NCBI GenBank assembly: GCA_934631005.1
Contig: CAKTXA010000005.1
Span: 27,463-59,462 of the forward strand
Source of the DNA: an uncultured Oscillospiraceae bacterium
Lineage (GTDB): Bacteria > Bacillota > Clostridia > Oscillospirales > Oscillospiraceae
Direction of reading: 5' to 3'
DNA length: 32,000 bases
Shown: piece by piece, positions 1 to 9,441 of the stretch
Layout: every line of letters begins with the position of its first letter
How positions within the stretch are numbered: position 1 is the first letter of the stretch
Position numbers and translations under genes: made by a program
Notes under the pieces: generated by a model
Seen by the model: the letters and a program-made list of their open reading frames with translations, nothing else
The model's database searches: none
Told to the model about the DNA's origin: nothing

Positions 1-1164
1 AAGGACTATCACGGCCTCGGCGTGGGCGGCCTTGCCAGCCGCAACGGCATGTTTCTGCGGAACTTTTTCTACTGCCAGCCCGCGCTCAACTACGGCTTCC
101 GACAAATAGACGACCCTGCGTGGCAGCTGCCGATGGATCACCCCGACTGCCGCGCCACAAAGCAGGCACTCATCGACATCATGGAGTTCTGGCTCGCGCT
201 GGGCGCGGACGGCTTCCGGGTGGACATGGCGTCGTCGCTCATCAAAAACGACCCCGACGGCAGCGGCATCCGCGCCTTCTGGCAGGAGATCCGGCAGCTG
301 TTCGATGAAAAGCACCCCGAGTGCGTGCTCATCTCCGAGTGGTCGTACCCCGAGCGGGCCATCGCCGCGGGCTTCCACATCGACTTTATGATCCACTTTA
401 ACCTCGCGGGCTACACCAGCCTCTTCCGCGCGGAAAACCGGCCGCAGGAGTGCAACTGCTTCCCCGGCAACAGCTTCTTCCAGAGGGACGGCAACGGGTG
501 TCTGGAAACTTTCCTGCGGGACTATCTGGCGCAGTACGCCGCGACTGACGGCAGGGGCTATATTTCGCTGCCCACAGGCAATCACGATATGCCGCGCCTT
601 GCCTATCACCGCACGCTGCCGGAGATCGCCGACTGCTTCGTGTTCCTGCTCACCATGCCCGGCGTGCCGTTCGTGTATTACGGCGACGAGATCGGGATGC
701 CGTACATCCCGGAGCTTGCGTCCAAGGAGGGCGGCTTCAGCCGCACCGGCGCGCGCACGCCCATGCAGTGGACGAATGGCAAAAACGCCGGCTTCTCGGA
801 CGCCGACGCGAGCGAATTGTATCTGCCGGTCGACGAGCACGGCGTGAATGTGCAGGCGCAGCTGGCGGATGACGGCTCGCTCCTGCGCACGGTGCAGAAG
901 CTCATCGCCCTGCGAAAGTCCAGCCCCGCCCTCTGTGCAGACGGCCGCATCGAGTTCCTCAACCGCCGCCGCGGCGGCTACCCGCTGGTCTACCGGCGGT
1001 ATGACGCGCACGAGGAATACGTCATCTGCATCGACCCCCTTGACGAGCCCCGCACGTACCGGCTGGAGGGAGATTGGACGCCTGTCCTCGCCCACGATGC
1101 CGAATTCACAAACGGCACAGTAAGCATGGAGCCGTTTGGATATATGATTTTGAAAAAAGCATAA
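1..1164 (+). CDS. GH13 alpha-amylase-family glycosidase (alpha-glucosidase / oligo-1,6-glucosidase-like), 5' end outside window
   Basis: Frame 1 is open from nt 1 (KDYHGLGVGG...) into ORF 22..1164. GH13 conserved regions are present: GADGFRVDMASSL (region II), LISEW (region III Glu), TGNHDMPR (region IV). A hairpin terminator follows. Confidence 0.85.
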   Translation, partial: KDYHGLGVGGLASRNGMFLRNFFYCQPALNYGFRQIDDPAWQLPMDHPDCRATKQALIDIMEFWLALGADGFRVDMASSLIKNDPDGSGIRAFWQEIRQLFDEKHPECVLISEWSYPERAIAAGFHIDFMIHFNLAGYTSLFRAENRPQECNCFPGNSFFQRDGNGCLETFLRDYLAQYAATDGRGYISLPTGNHDMPRLAYHRTLPEIADCFVFLLTMPGVPFVYYGDEIGMPYIPELASKEGGFSRTGARTPMQWTNGKNAGFSDADASELYLPVDEHGVNVQAQLADDGSLLRTVQKLIALRKSSPALCADGRIEFLNRRRGGYPLVYRRYDAHEEYVICIDPLDEPRTYRLEGDWTPVLAHDAEFTNGTVSMEPFGYMILKKA

Positions 1165-1167
1165 AAG

Positions 1168-1203
1168 AAGCCAGGCAGCAAAGCTGCCTGGCTTTTCTTT
1201 TTC
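1168..1203 (+). terminator. Rho-independent terminator of the GH13 gene
   Basis: Stem aagccaggcagc (1168-1179) pairs with gctgcctggctt (1183-1194), loop aaa, followed by ttctttttc. Confidence 0.8.
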
Positions 1204-1619
1204 GTTTCGGGAACGCTGGCGACCTTTGCAGGTACCGCAAAAATGTAGGCACCCCATAGCTTCCCCTGGGGGCCGATTCCCCCTATCAGGGGGAAATGTC
1301 CCGAAGGGACAAAGAGGGTAGGGACAGCTGTCGCCGCAGGCGACTGATGAGGGGCGGGGAGCACTGACGGATAGCTTAGCAGTTGTGCCAAAACGTGACT
1401 GCTCCCCGGCCCTCATCCGGCTCGCTGCGCTCGCCACCTTCCCCGAGGGGAAGGCAAGGCACTTCTGCAAATCGGCACTGCCCAAAAAGTACGGCAGTGC
1501 GTCCCAGCGGGCGGGGCAAGCCCCGCCCCTACGTTACGACGAAATAACAATTCTTCATTCTTCATTATTCATCATTCATTATTCATTCCCCCACGTCCCC
1601 GCGGAATGAATGATGGAGA
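1204..1619. repeat. Intergenic array of short GC-rich hairpins plus an A/T-rich TTCAT-type repeat hairpin (REP/BIME-like)
   Basis: At least 7 independent stem-loops: 1277-1295, 1298-1310, 1330-1344, long imperfect inverted repeat 1346-1368/1395-1417, 1437-1454, 1475-1500, 1510-1527. Then ttcttcattcttcattattcatcattcattattcattcc (1551-1589) pairs with ggaatgaatgatggagaatgaa (1603-1624). No credible ORF. Confidence 0.6.
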
Positions 1620-1650
1620 ATGAAAAGGGCCGATGTGGTCATCGGCCCCT
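1620..1650 (-). terminator. Rho-independent terminator of galT
   Basis: The minus strand reads ggggccgat-gaccac-atcggccc followed by ttttcattct. It lies 14 nt downstream of the galT stop. Confidence 0.7.
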
Positions 1651-1663
1651 ACGGGGTGCATTT

Positions 1664-3163
1664 TCAAATCGCTTCCGCTCCCGCGGCTTCGGCAAAACGC
1701 AGAAATGCGGCGCGGCCGGCGGGGGTGCATTTGTAGACGCCGGCATCGGCGAGGACGCGGGCGAACACCGCGCCGACCTCCTGCTGCAGCACGTCGTCGA
1801 TGTTCTGCTCCGTCAGCGCCCGGCGGGCGCGGATGCCCTCCGCCCAATCGGCGTGCTTGCTGAGCGCTTCGTCTGCGCGCAGGTCGCCGCCGGTGAGCAG
1901 CGCCGTGCGCAGCGCTGCCAGCTCCGTATCCAGCCGCGCGGGCAGGACGGCGAGGCCCATCACCTCGATCAGGCCGATGTTCTCCTTTTTGATGTGGTGC
2001 AGCTCCGCGTGCGGGTGGTAAACACCCAGCGGGAACTGCTCGGTGGTGATGTTGCTGCGCAGCACCAGATCCAGCTCAAACAGCTCCCCGCGGCGGCGCG
2101 CCACGGGCGTGATGGTGTTGTGCAGCTCGCCGTTCGTCCGGCTGAAAATAAACGCCGCTTCGTCCGTATAGCCGCGCCAGCTCGCAAGAATGCGCTCGGC
2201 AAGCTCCGCCAGCCGCGCAGGCTCCCGCCCCGTCAGGCGCAGCACCGCCATCGGCCAGCGCACGATCCCGGCGCGCACGTCCGCAAAGCCGCGAAAGCGC
2301 AGCGGCTGCTCGATGGGCGCCAGCTCCATGGCAAAGCGGTAGTGACCGCCCTGAAAATGGTCGTGGCTGAGAATGGAGCCGCCCACGATGGGAAGATCGG
2401 CGTTCGAGCCGAGGAAATAGTGCGGGAATTGGCCCACAAAATCGAGCAGCCGGTCAAATGTGGCGCGGCTGATCTGCATGGGCACATGGTGCGCGTTCAG
2501 CACGATGCAGTGCTCATTGTAGTACACATACGGCGAGTATTGCAGATACCAGTCGCCGCCCGCGAGCCTTAAGGGCACGATGCGGTGATTTTCGCGCGCC
2601 GGATGGTCGAGCCTGCCGAAATAGCCCTCGTTCTCCGCACAGAGCTGGCACAGGGGATAGCCGGACGGCGCGGCTTTTTTGGCCGCGGCGATGGCCTGCG
2701 GGTCCTTTTCGGGCTTGGAGCGGTTGATGGTGATGTCGAGCGCACCGAATTCGCTGTTATAGCGCCACTTGCGGTCCTTCGCGATGCGGTCGCGGCGGAT
2801 GTAGTTCGTGTTCTGGCTGAAGGCGTAGTACCAGTCGGTCGCGGCCTGCGCGTCCAGCGCGTAGAGCGCACGGAATTTCGCGCGCACCTCGCGCGGCGGG
2901 GGCGTGAGCGCACCCATCAGGCGCGTGTCATAAAGGTCGCGCGAGACGATGCCCTCCTCGATGACGCCGCGGCGGACGGCGTCGTCGGTCAGCGTTTTGA
3001 GCAGCGCGTCCAGCGGCGCGTTTGCCGCAGGCGCGGCGGCGTCAAGGGCGGAAAGCTCCAGAATACCGAGCAGCGTATTGACTGCCCATGTCTCGTCGCA
3101 CGCCTCCAGAAGCCCCGTGCGCACGGCGTATTGAACAAGACCCGAAATTGCAGCGCTTATCAT
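1664..3163 (-). CDS. galT: UDP-glucose--hexose-1-phosphate uridylyltransferase, Firmicutes long type (499 aa)
   Basis: Motifs CQLCAENEGYFGRLDHPARENHRIVPL and YSPYVYYNEHCIVLNAHHVPM are typical of type-2 GalT. The start was chosen at MISAAISG (ATG 3163), which forms an ATGA overlap with the galK stop. The upstream Arg/Ala-rich 88-aa ORF extension was rejected. Confidence 0.93.
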   Translation of the reverse strand: MISAAISGLVQYAVRTGLLEACDETWAVNTLLGILELSALDAAAPAANAPLDALLKTLTDDAVRRGVIEEGIVSRDLYDTRLMGALTPPPREVRAKFRALYALDAQAATDWYYAFSQNTNYIRRDRIAKDRKWRYNSEFGALDITINRSKPEKDPQAIAAAKKAAPSGYPLCQLCAENEGYFGRLDHPARENHRIVPLRLAGGDWYLQYSPYVYYNEHCIVLNAHHVPMQISRATFDRLLDFVGQFPHYFLGSNADLPIVGGSILSHDHFQGGHYRFAMELAPIEQPLRFRGFADVRAGIVRWPMAVLRLTGREPARLAELAERILASWRGYTDEAAFIFSRTNGELHNTITPVARRRGELFELDLVLRSNITTEQFPLGVYHPHAELHHIKKENIGLIEVMGLAVLPARLDTELAALRTALLTGGDLRADEALSKHADWAEGIRARRALTEQNIDDVLQQEVGAVFARVLADAGVYKCTPAGRAAFLRFAEAAGAEAI

Positions 3164-4344
3164 GCGTATTCCTCCAGCAGCACGCCGCCCGCGGCGCGGA
3201 CGGACAGAACATGGCAGCTTCCCGCGCCGAGCACGGCCTCCATGCCGCGGCGGAACGCGTCCAGCTGCTCCAGCGGGACGAACGCCTGGATCGTCCCGGC
3301 AAAGCCGCCGCCGTGCACGCGGCACGCGCCGCGCCCGCCCAGCAGTTTTTCCGCCAGCGCCAGCGCGACGGCCATGGGCTGCTCGCGCGTCTGCCCGCGC
3401 GGCACAACGTTTTGTAGCAGCATCCACGACGAGCGGCCGGACTCGTTCACCAGCCGCAGAAATTCGTCAAAGTCCCCGCGCGCCAGCGCGTCCGCCTGCC
3501 GGGCCACGCGCCGGTCGTCGTCAAAAAAGTGCATCGCGCGCAGCGCGGCGCGGTCGCCCGCGGCGCGGCGCACCTCGCCGAGGCGCGCGTAGAAGTCGGT
3601 TTCCGCCACGTCGCGCAGGCAGGTCTTGCCGAACACCGCCGCGGCGGCGTTCATCTCCGCCGGGATGGCGGCGTATTCGTCGGTCAGCGCGGCGTGATCC
3701 GCGCCGCTGTCCAGAATGCACAGCGCGTAGCCCAGCGCCTGCAGGTCTGCATCCAGCCGCCGCACCTGCGGCGCGGCAGGGTCCTGAAAGTCGATGGCGA
3801 CCACGCCGCCCACGGCGGACGCCGTCTGATCCATCAGCCCGCAGGGCTTACCGAAGTACACATTCTCTGCCCACTGGCCGATCTGCGCGATCTGCACGGG
3901 CGTAAATCTGCCGCCGCAGAAAAGCGTGTTCAAGATCGTGCCGATCAGCACCTCGAACGCCGCCGAGGACGACAGGCCGCTGCCCGGCAGCACCGTGGAG
4001 GTCACGTAGGCGTCGATGCCGGAGAGCGCCGCGCCGAGCTGCACAAAGCGCGCGGCGACGCCCCGGATGAGCGCGGCGGTCGTGCCGGTTTCCTCCGGCT
4101 TCCGCGCCAGATCGTCCAGCGCCACGCAGCACAGGGGGTAGCCCTCGGACAAAATGCGCAGGCAGCCGAGATCGTTTTTCGCCACGGTCGCGCGCGTATC
4201 CAGATCGACGGCGGCGGCCAGCACGCGGCCGTGCTGATGGTCGGTGTGGTTGCCGCCCAGCTCCGTGCGCCCCGGCGCGGAAAAGACCCAGCGCGGATGC
4301 GTGTCAAACTGCCCGGAGAAGGCGGGGTTTCTAAGATCCTGCAT
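3160..4344 (-). CDS. galK: Galactokinase (GHMP kinase), 394 aa
   Basis: Motifs GRTELGGNHTDHQHG, PGSGLSSSAAFEV (GHMP motif II) and HGGGFAGT are present. Start MQDLRN at ATG 4344 is preceded by a GAGG RBS. Stop TGA 3160-3162 overlaps the galT ATG. Confidence 0.93.
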   Translation of the reverse strand: MQDLRNPAFSGQFDTHPRWVFSAPGRTELGGNHTDHQHGRVLAAAVDLDTRATVAKNDLGCLRILSEGYPLCCVALDDLARKPEETGTTAALIRGVAARFVQLGAALSGIDAYVTSTVLPGSGLSSSAAFEVLIGTILNTLFCGGRFTPVQIAQIGQWAENVYFGKPCGLMDQTASAVGGVVAIDFQDPAAPQVRRLDADLQALGYALCILDSGADHAALTDEYAAIPAEMNAAAAVFGKTCLRDVAETDFYARLGEVRRAAGDRAALRAMHFFDDDRRVARQADALARGDFDEFLRLVNESGRSSWMLLQNVVPRGQTREQPMAVALALAEKLLGGRGACRVHGGGFAGTIQAFVPLEQLDAFRRGMEAVLGAGSCHVLSVRAAGGVLLEEYA

Positions 4345-4380
4345 GAACGTACCTCGCTTTCTGTTTGTATCGTTGGTCCC

Positions 4381-4409
4381 ATGATACCATGCGCGGCAGG
4401 GGCACGCAA
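4381..4409 (-). promoter_or_regulatory. Candidate sigma-A promoter of galK-galT
   Basis: Minus strand shows TTGCGT (4409-4404), a 17-nt spacer ending in TGg, then TATCAT (4386-4381), an extended -10. This is ~37 nt upstream of the galK ATG. Confidence 0.5.
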
Positions 4410-4497
4410 CGATTTTTTCACCCGGCGGCGGAACATGACTGCTTTTGCAATGTGCCCTGTGCAAAAATGGAACGACTGAGAACAGGAGGGCGAGAGG

Positions 4498-5103
4498 ATG
4501 CGGAACTTATGGCGGTGTGCCGCCGCGCTGGCGGCGGTTTTGTGGATACTCGGGACGCCGGGGGCGGCGGCGAATATAGCCGCGCACCCGGCGTATCTGG
4601 CGGGCTTTGCGGACGGGACGCTGCGGCCGGACGCGCCGCTCACGCGCGAGCAGCTCGCGCAGATCCTGTACCGCCTGCTGCCGCGGGAGATCCTGCCGGA
4701 CAAGCCGCGCGCGGCGGCGTATGTGGACGTGGCGGCGAACCGCTGGTCGTACCGCGCGGTGTGCGCGCTGACGGAGCTTGGCGTGTGGGCCGATACGCAG
4801 ACGCCACATTTTGACCCGCAGCGGCAGGTGACGGGCGCGGAATTTGCCGAAACGCTCCGCCGCGCCGGGGCATATCTGCCGGCGCTCGCGCTGGCGGCGG
4901 CGGACGAGCCGGACGCCGACGTCACGCGCGCGCAGGCGGCGCAGGCACTCAACGCGCTCTTAGACCGCACCGGCGAGACACTGCCGGAGGGGCTTCTGCA
5001 CTTCTGCGATGTGACCGCCGACCGGGCGGACTACGCCGACCTCTGCGAGGCGGCAAACCCGCACTGCGTGATGCCGGACGGGACGTGGGATGCGGTAGGA
5101 TAG
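4498..5103 (+). CDS. Secreted SLH (S-layer homology) repeat protein, 201 aa
   Basis: N-terminal signal peptide MRNLWRCAAALAAVLWILGTPGAAA. SLH-like repeats FADGTLRPDAPLTREQLAQILYRLL, YVDVAANRWSYRAV and FCDVTADRADYADL. GGAGGG RBS 8 nt upstream. Confidence 0.65.
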   Translation: MRNLWRCAAALAAVLWILGTPGAAANIAAHPAYLAGFADGTLRPDAPLTREQLAQILYRLLPREILPDKPRAAAYVDVAANRWSYRAVCALTELGVWADTQTPHFDPQRQVTGAEFAETLRRAGAYLPALALAAADEPDADVTRAQAAQALNALLDRTGETLPEGLLHFCDVTADRADYADLCEAANPHCVMPDGTWDAVG

Positions 5104-5105
5104 AC

Positions 5106-5134
5106 TGTACAAATCCTGCCATACGCGGTATAAT
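5106..5134 (+). promoter_or_regulatory. Candidate sigma-A promoter of the kinase-nagA-ABC operon
   Basis: TGTACA (5106-5111), 17-nt spacer, perfect TATAAT (5129-5134), ~50 nt upstream of ATG 5184. Confidence 0.45.
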
Positions 5135-5183
5135 AGGCGCAAAATACGACGCTCCGCGCCGTGCGCGGAGGACGGGAGGAACT

Positions 5184-6563
5184 ATGGAGTATCTGGGCAT
5201 TTCCTACGAGCTGCGCAACGTGCCGCAGCTGGAGCCGGACTTTATCCCCTTTGCCGCCTGGGCGCGCGCGTATCTGCGCGGCGCGGGCGTGCCGGTAACG
5301 GTGGCGGTCGAGCGGGAGGGCGGCAAGGTGACCGTCCGCCGCACGCGCATCCACGGCACCGCCGCCCTGCAGGAGGCTGACCGGCAGTATCTGGAGCGGT
5401 ATGTGAAGTTTTTGCTCTGGAGCGTGGGCGGCTGGCGCGTGTACATCTGCGGCGCGGACACGCTCGCCCGCGCGCTGCAGGCTGACTACGCCCCCGGCGG
5501 CGCGCGGGCATTTGACGTGCAGTTCATGCAGGACGTGTACGAGCGCCCGTTTGAGATCGTGGTGTGCGCCGATGAGGCGCAGCTGCCGCAGGAGCATGAC
5601 AGCGCCGTGCGCATCGGCGGCCACACCGACGGCTGCCGCATCGGCTTTGACGCCGGCGGCAGTGACCGCAAGGTCTCGGCCGTGGTGGATGGCAGGACCG
5701 TCTACTCCGAAGAGACCGTCTGGCACCCGAAGCTCTCGGCCGACCCGCAGTATCAGTACGAGGGCATCCTCGACTCGTTCCGCACGGCGGCGTCCAAAAT
5801 GCCGCGGGTGGACGCCATCGGCGTCTCGTCCGCGGGCGTGTTCATCGGCAACAGCCCGATGGTCTCCTCGCTGTTTATCAAGGTCCCCCGCAGCCGCCGG
5901 GAGGAGGTCAAAACGATCTACGACCGCGCGGCGGCCGAGCTGGGCGCGCCCATCGTGGTGGCGAACGACGGCGACGTGACGGCGCTGGCAGGCTCCATGA
6001 GCCTGGGCGTGACGGGCGTGATGGGCCTGGCCATGGGCACGAGCGAGGCCGTGGGATATGTGGACCGCGACGGCAGCGTCCTCGGCTGGTTCAACGAGCT
6101 CGCCTTCGCCCCCGTCGACCTGAACGCGGGCGCGGAGCGCGACGAATGGTCGGGCGATGTGGGCGTGGGGTGCAAATATTTTTCACAGGACGCCGTTTTG
6201 AAGCTCGCCCCCACCGCGGGCATCGCGCTGGACGGCACGAAGCCCCTTGCCGAGCAGCTCAAGCAGGCGCAGGCGCTGATGGAGGCGGGCGACGTGCGTG
6301 CCGAGGCGATCTGGCGCACGATCGGCTGTTACCTCGCCCACACGCTGCGGCTGTACGCCGATTTTTATGACATTCGGCACCTTCTGGTGCTGGGCCGAGT
6401 CGTGTCCGGCCGCGGCGGCGAGGTGCTCATCGACGAGTGCCGCCGCGTGCTGCGGGAGGAATACCCGGAGCTGACGGACATCGAGGTCCTTCTGCCGGAT
6501 GAAAAGACGCGCCGCGTCGGCCAGTCGGTGGCCGCGGCGAGCCTGCCGCAGCTGGGGAGGTGA
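5184..6563 (+). CDS. ASKHA-superfamily sugar kinase-like protein (ROK-like, no zinc motif) with a ~150-aa N-terminal extension, 459 aa
   Basis: Phosphate-1-like motif RIGFDAGGSDRK and ANDGDVTALAG (compare ROK NDANAAALGE). No CxCGxxGC ROK zinc motif was seen. Start MEYLG at ATG 5184 has a GGGAGGA RBS. The function (GlcNAc/hexose kinase) is inferred from the adjacent nagA. Confidence 0.6.
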   Translation: MEYLGISYELRNVPQLEPDFIPFAAWARAYLRGAGVPVTVAVEREGGKVTVRRTRIHGTAALQEADRQYLERYVKFLLWSVGGWRVYICGADTLARALQADYAPGGARAFDVQFMQDVYERPFEIVVCADEAQLPQEHDSAVRIGGHTDGCRIGFDAGGSDRKVSAVVDGRTVYSEETVWHPKLSADPQYQYEGILDSFRTAASKMPRVDAIGVSSAGVFIGNSPMVSSLFIKVPRSRREEVKTIYDRAAAELGAPIVVANDGDVTALAGSMSLGVTGVMGLAMGTSEAVGYVDRDGSVLGWFNELAFAPVDLNAGAERDEWSGDVGVGCKYFSQDAVLKLAPTAGIALDGTKPLAEQLKQAQALMEAGDVRAEAIWRTIGCYLAHTLRLYADFYDIRHLLVLGRVVSGRGGEVLIDECRRVLREEYPELTDIEVLLPDEKTRRVGQSVAAASLPQLGR

Positions 6564-6568
6564 GCGGG

Positions 6569-7693
6569 ATGCGCTATCAAAACGCGAACATTTTTGTGGA
6601 CGATCATTTCGTTCACGGCAGCTTCACCGTCGAAAACGGTATTTTTACGGAAGTTTCTGAAAACCCGGACGGTGCGGGTGAGGATCTTGGCGGCGCGTAT
6701 GTCATCCCGGGGCTCATCGACATCCACAACCACGGCAACTCCGGCGCCGACTTCTCCGACGGCGACGACGAGGGGCTCCGGCGCATGGCGCGCTATCTGG
6801 CGCAAAACGGCGTGACGTCGTTCGCGCCGGCGTCCATGACGCTGCCGTATGACGTGCTGGCGCGGGCGTTTTCGTCCGCCGCGCGGCTGAAGGCCGCCGC
6901 CCCGGCGGGCTGCGCCCATCTGATGGGCATTCAGATGGAGGGGCCGTTCTTTTCCGAAAAGAAAAAGGGCGCGCAGAACGCCGCCTATCTCCGCCTGCCG
7001 GACATCGGCGCGTTCCGCGCGCTGCAGGCGGGCTGCGGCGATCTTGTGCGCATCGTGGATGTTGCTCCGGAGCTGCCGGGCGCGGTGGAATTCACCCGCG
7101 CGGCAAGCGAGCACTGCACCGTGTCGGTCGCGCACACCGCGGCGACCTACGACGAAGCCGCGGCGGTGTTCGACGCGGGCGCGGCGCATCTGACGCATCT
7201 TTTTAACGCGATGCCGCCGCTGCATCACCGCGACCCCGGCCCCATCGGCGCGGCCGCGGAGCGGGCGGGCGTGCGCGCGGAGCTGATCTGCGACGGCATC
7301 CACGTCCACCCCAGCGCGGTGCGGCTGGCGTTCCGCCTGTTCGGGCGCGACCGCGTGTGCCTCATCTCCGACGCGCTGCGCTGCTGCGGGATGCCGGACG
7401 GGCAGTATACGCTCGGCGGGCAGGACGTGTTCCTCGCGGGCGGCGTAGCGCGGCTCGCCGACGGGACGATCGCGGGCTCGGCGACGAATCTGTATGATTG
7501 TATGCGCAACGCCGTGCGCTTCGGCATCGCCCGGGAGGACGCCATCCTCGCCGCCACGCGGAACCCCGCGCGTGCGCTCGGCTGCGCGGACGTGTGCGGC
7601 GCGATCGCCGTGGGGCTGCGGGCGGATTTTGTGGTGTGTGACGCGGCGCTTTCCCGCCGCAAAGTTTACTTGGCAGGGAACGAATGCAAATGA
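6569..7693 (+). CDS. nagA: N-acetylglucosamine-6-phosphate deacetylase, 374 aa
   Basis: Motifs PGLIDIHNHG and HLFNAMPPLHHRDPG, plus amidohydrolase layout. ATG 6569 lies 8 nt after GGGGAGG. The alternative GTG 6560 overlaps the upstream stop. Confidence 0.92.
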   Translation: MRYQNANIFVDDHFVHGSFTVENGIFTEVSENPDGAGEDLGGAYVIPGLIDIHNHGNSGADFSDGDDEGLRRMARYLAQNGVTSFAPASMTLPYDVLARAFSSAARLKAAAPAGCAHLMGIQMEGPFFSEKKKGAQNAAYLRLPDIGAFRALQAGCGDLVRIVDVAPELPGAVEFTRAASEHCTVSVAHTAATYDEAAAVFDAGAAHLTHLFNAMPPLHHRDPGPIGAAAERAGVRAELICDGIHVHPSAVRLAFRLFGRDRVCLISDALRCCGMPDGQYTLGGQDVFLAGGVARLADGTIAGSATNLYDCMRNAVRFGIAREDAILAATRNPARALGCADVCGAIAVGLRADFVVCDAALSRRKVYLAGNECK

Positions 7694-9441
7694 AAAGAGA
7701 AAAACAGGGCGGCTCGGTCAGGCCCCTGCTGCCCTATCTGCGGGAATATCGCAGGGAAAGTGTGCTCGGCCCGGCGTTCAAGCTGCTGGAGGCGAGCTTT
7801 GAGCTGATCGTGCCGCTCATCGTGGCGCGCATCACCGACGAGGGCATCCGCACCGGCGACACGGGCTACATCCTGCGCCAGTGCGGCATCCTGCTGCTGC
7901 TGGGGCTATTGGGGCTGGCGGCGTCGGTCACGGCGCAGTATTTTGCCGCCAGGGCCTCCTGCGGCTTTGCCGCGCGGCTGCGCAGCGCATTGTTTTCGCA
8001 CATCGGCACGCTCAGCTATGAAGACCTTGACAGGCTCGGCAAGTCGTCGCTGCTCACGCGCATGACGAGCGACATGAACCAGGTGCAGACGGGCCTGAAC
8101 CTCACGCTGCGGCTGCTGCTGCGCTCGCCGTTCGTGGTGTTCGGCGCGATGCTCATGGCCTTTACGGTGGACGCGCGGCTGGCGCTCATTTTTGTCGGCG
8201 CGATCGCGGCGCTGTTTGCCGTGGTGTTCGGCGTGATGCTCACGTGCATCCCGCTCTACCGCCGCGTGCAGGAGCGGCTGGACGGCGTGACCGACCGCGT
8301 GCGCGAAAACCTCGCGGGCGTGCGCGTGCTGCGCGCGTTTTTGAAGGAGGACGGGCAGGTCGCCGCGTTCTCCGGCGATACCGGGCGGCTGTACGGCGCG
8401 CAGACGTTCGTCGGGCGCATCTCGGCGCTTCTCAATCCGCTGACGTATGTCATCGTGAACATCGCCATCGTCCTGCTCGTGCGCGGCGGCGCACTGCGCG
8501 TGCAGAGCGGCAACCTCACGCAGGGACAGCTGATCGCGCTGTATAACTATCTGTCGCAGATCCTCATCGAGCTCATCAAGCTCGCGAACCTCATCCTCAC
8601 CATCACGCGCTCGCTCGCGTGCGCGCGGCGCATCCAGTCGGTGCTCTCCATCGAGCCGTCCATGCGCTACGGCGCGGAGGCCGCCGACCCGGTGCGCTTC
8701 GGCGCGATCGAGTTTGACCACGTCAGCCTGCGTTATCCCGGCGCGGCGGGCGACGCGCTGGAGGATGTGAGCTTCCGCGTATCGCCGGGGCAGACGCTCG
8801 GCGTCATCGGCGGCACGGGCAGCGGCAAAACGACGCTGGCGAATCTCGTCGCCCGCTTCTACGACCCGACCTCCGGCGAAGTCCTGCTCGGCGGGCGCGA
8901 CGCGCGCGACTACGCGCAGGACGCGCTTCGCGGCGCGATCGGCGTGGTGCCGCAGAAGGCGGCGCTGTTCTCCGGCACGCTGCGCGAAAACCTCCGCTGG
9001 GGGAGCGAAGCTGCCGACGACGAGGCGCTGTATGCCGCGCTGGAGACAGCACAGGCGCTGCCGTTCGTGCAGGAGAAGCCCGGTGGGCTCGATTTTGTGC
9101 TGGAGCAGGGCGGGCGCAACCTCTCCGGCGGGCAGAAGCAGCGGCTTTGCATCGCCCGCGCGCTCGCGGCGCACCCGCGCATCCTCATTCTGGACGACAG
9201 CGCGTCCGCGCTGGACTTTGCCACCGACGCCGCGCTGCGCAAGGCGCTGCGGAGCCTTCCCGACGGGCAGACGACCGTCATCATCTCGCAGCGCACCGCG
9301 TCCATCCGCCACGCCGACTGCATCCTCGTGCTCGACGGCGGCAGGCTGGTCGGCGCGGGGCGGCACGACGAGCTGCTGAGGTCCTGCCCCGTCTACCGCG
9401 AGATCCACGAATCCCAGTTCAAAAAGGAGGCGGCGCAATGA
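7684..9441 (+). CDS. ABC exporter half-transporter (fused TMD-NBD), 585 aa
   Basis: Six-helix TMD followed by an NBD with Walker A GGTGSGKTT, signature LSGGQKQR and Walker B ILILDDSASALD. The start overlaps the nagA stop (ATG 7684, or ATG 7690 as an ATGA overlap). Confidence 0.9.
   Translation: MQMKREKQGGSVRPLLPYLREYRRESVLGPAFKLLEASFELIVPLIVARITDEGIRTGDTGYILRQCGILLLLGLLGLAASVTAQYFAARASCGFAARLRSALFSHIGTLSYEDLDRLGKSSLLTRMTSDMNQVQTGLNLTLRLLLRSPFVVFGAMLMAFTVDARLALIFVGAIAALFAVVFGVMLTCIPLYRRVQERLDGVTDRVRENLAGVRVLRAFLKEDGQVAAFSGDTGRLYGAQTFVGRISALLNPLTYVIVNIAIVLLVRGGALRVQSGNLTQGQLIALYNYLSQILIELIKLANLILTITRSLACARRIQSVLSIEPSMRYGAEAADPVRFGAIEFDHVSLRYPGAAGDALEDVSFRVSPGQTLGVIGGTGSGKTTLANLVARFYDPTSGEVLLGGRDARDYAQDALRGAIGVVPQKAALFSGTLRENLRWGSEAADDEALYAALETAQALPFVQEKPGGLDFVLEQGGRNLSGGQKQRLCIARALAAHPRILILDDSASALDFATDAALRKALRSLPDGQTTVIISQRTASIRHADCILVLDGGRLVGAGRHDELLRSCPVYREIHESQFKKEAAQ

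Noticed and set aside
1225-1245. GGTACCGC resembling the core of a T-box antiterminator
   Set aside because: Only 8 nt match the consensus. There is no specifier-loop architecture and no downstream plus-strand gene, because galT is on the opposite strand.
1204-1624. Possible CRISPR array or known structured RNA (RNase P, tmRNA, SRP, riboswitch)
   Set aside because: There is no constant direct repeat separated by unique spacers; the stems all differ. None of the hallmark motifs I know for these RNAs (for example GAGGAAAGUCC) is present.
3164-3427. 5' extensions of the ORF-track calls for galT (to 3427), galK (to 4464), the second ABC gene (from 9147), the kinase (from 5085), the NodB-like gene (to 14224), int, xis and the sigma-like gene
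   Set aside because: The extensions are Arg/Pro/Ala-rich or overlap the upstream gene. Internal starts have Shine-Dalgarno sequences at 6-9 nt or ATGA stop/start overlaps, and they give protein lengths typical of each family.
1610-4479. Plus-strand ORFs of 320, 335 and 316 aa (and smaller ones)
   Set aside because: They are antisense to galT and galK. The sequences are R/A/G/V-rich with no recognisable domain.
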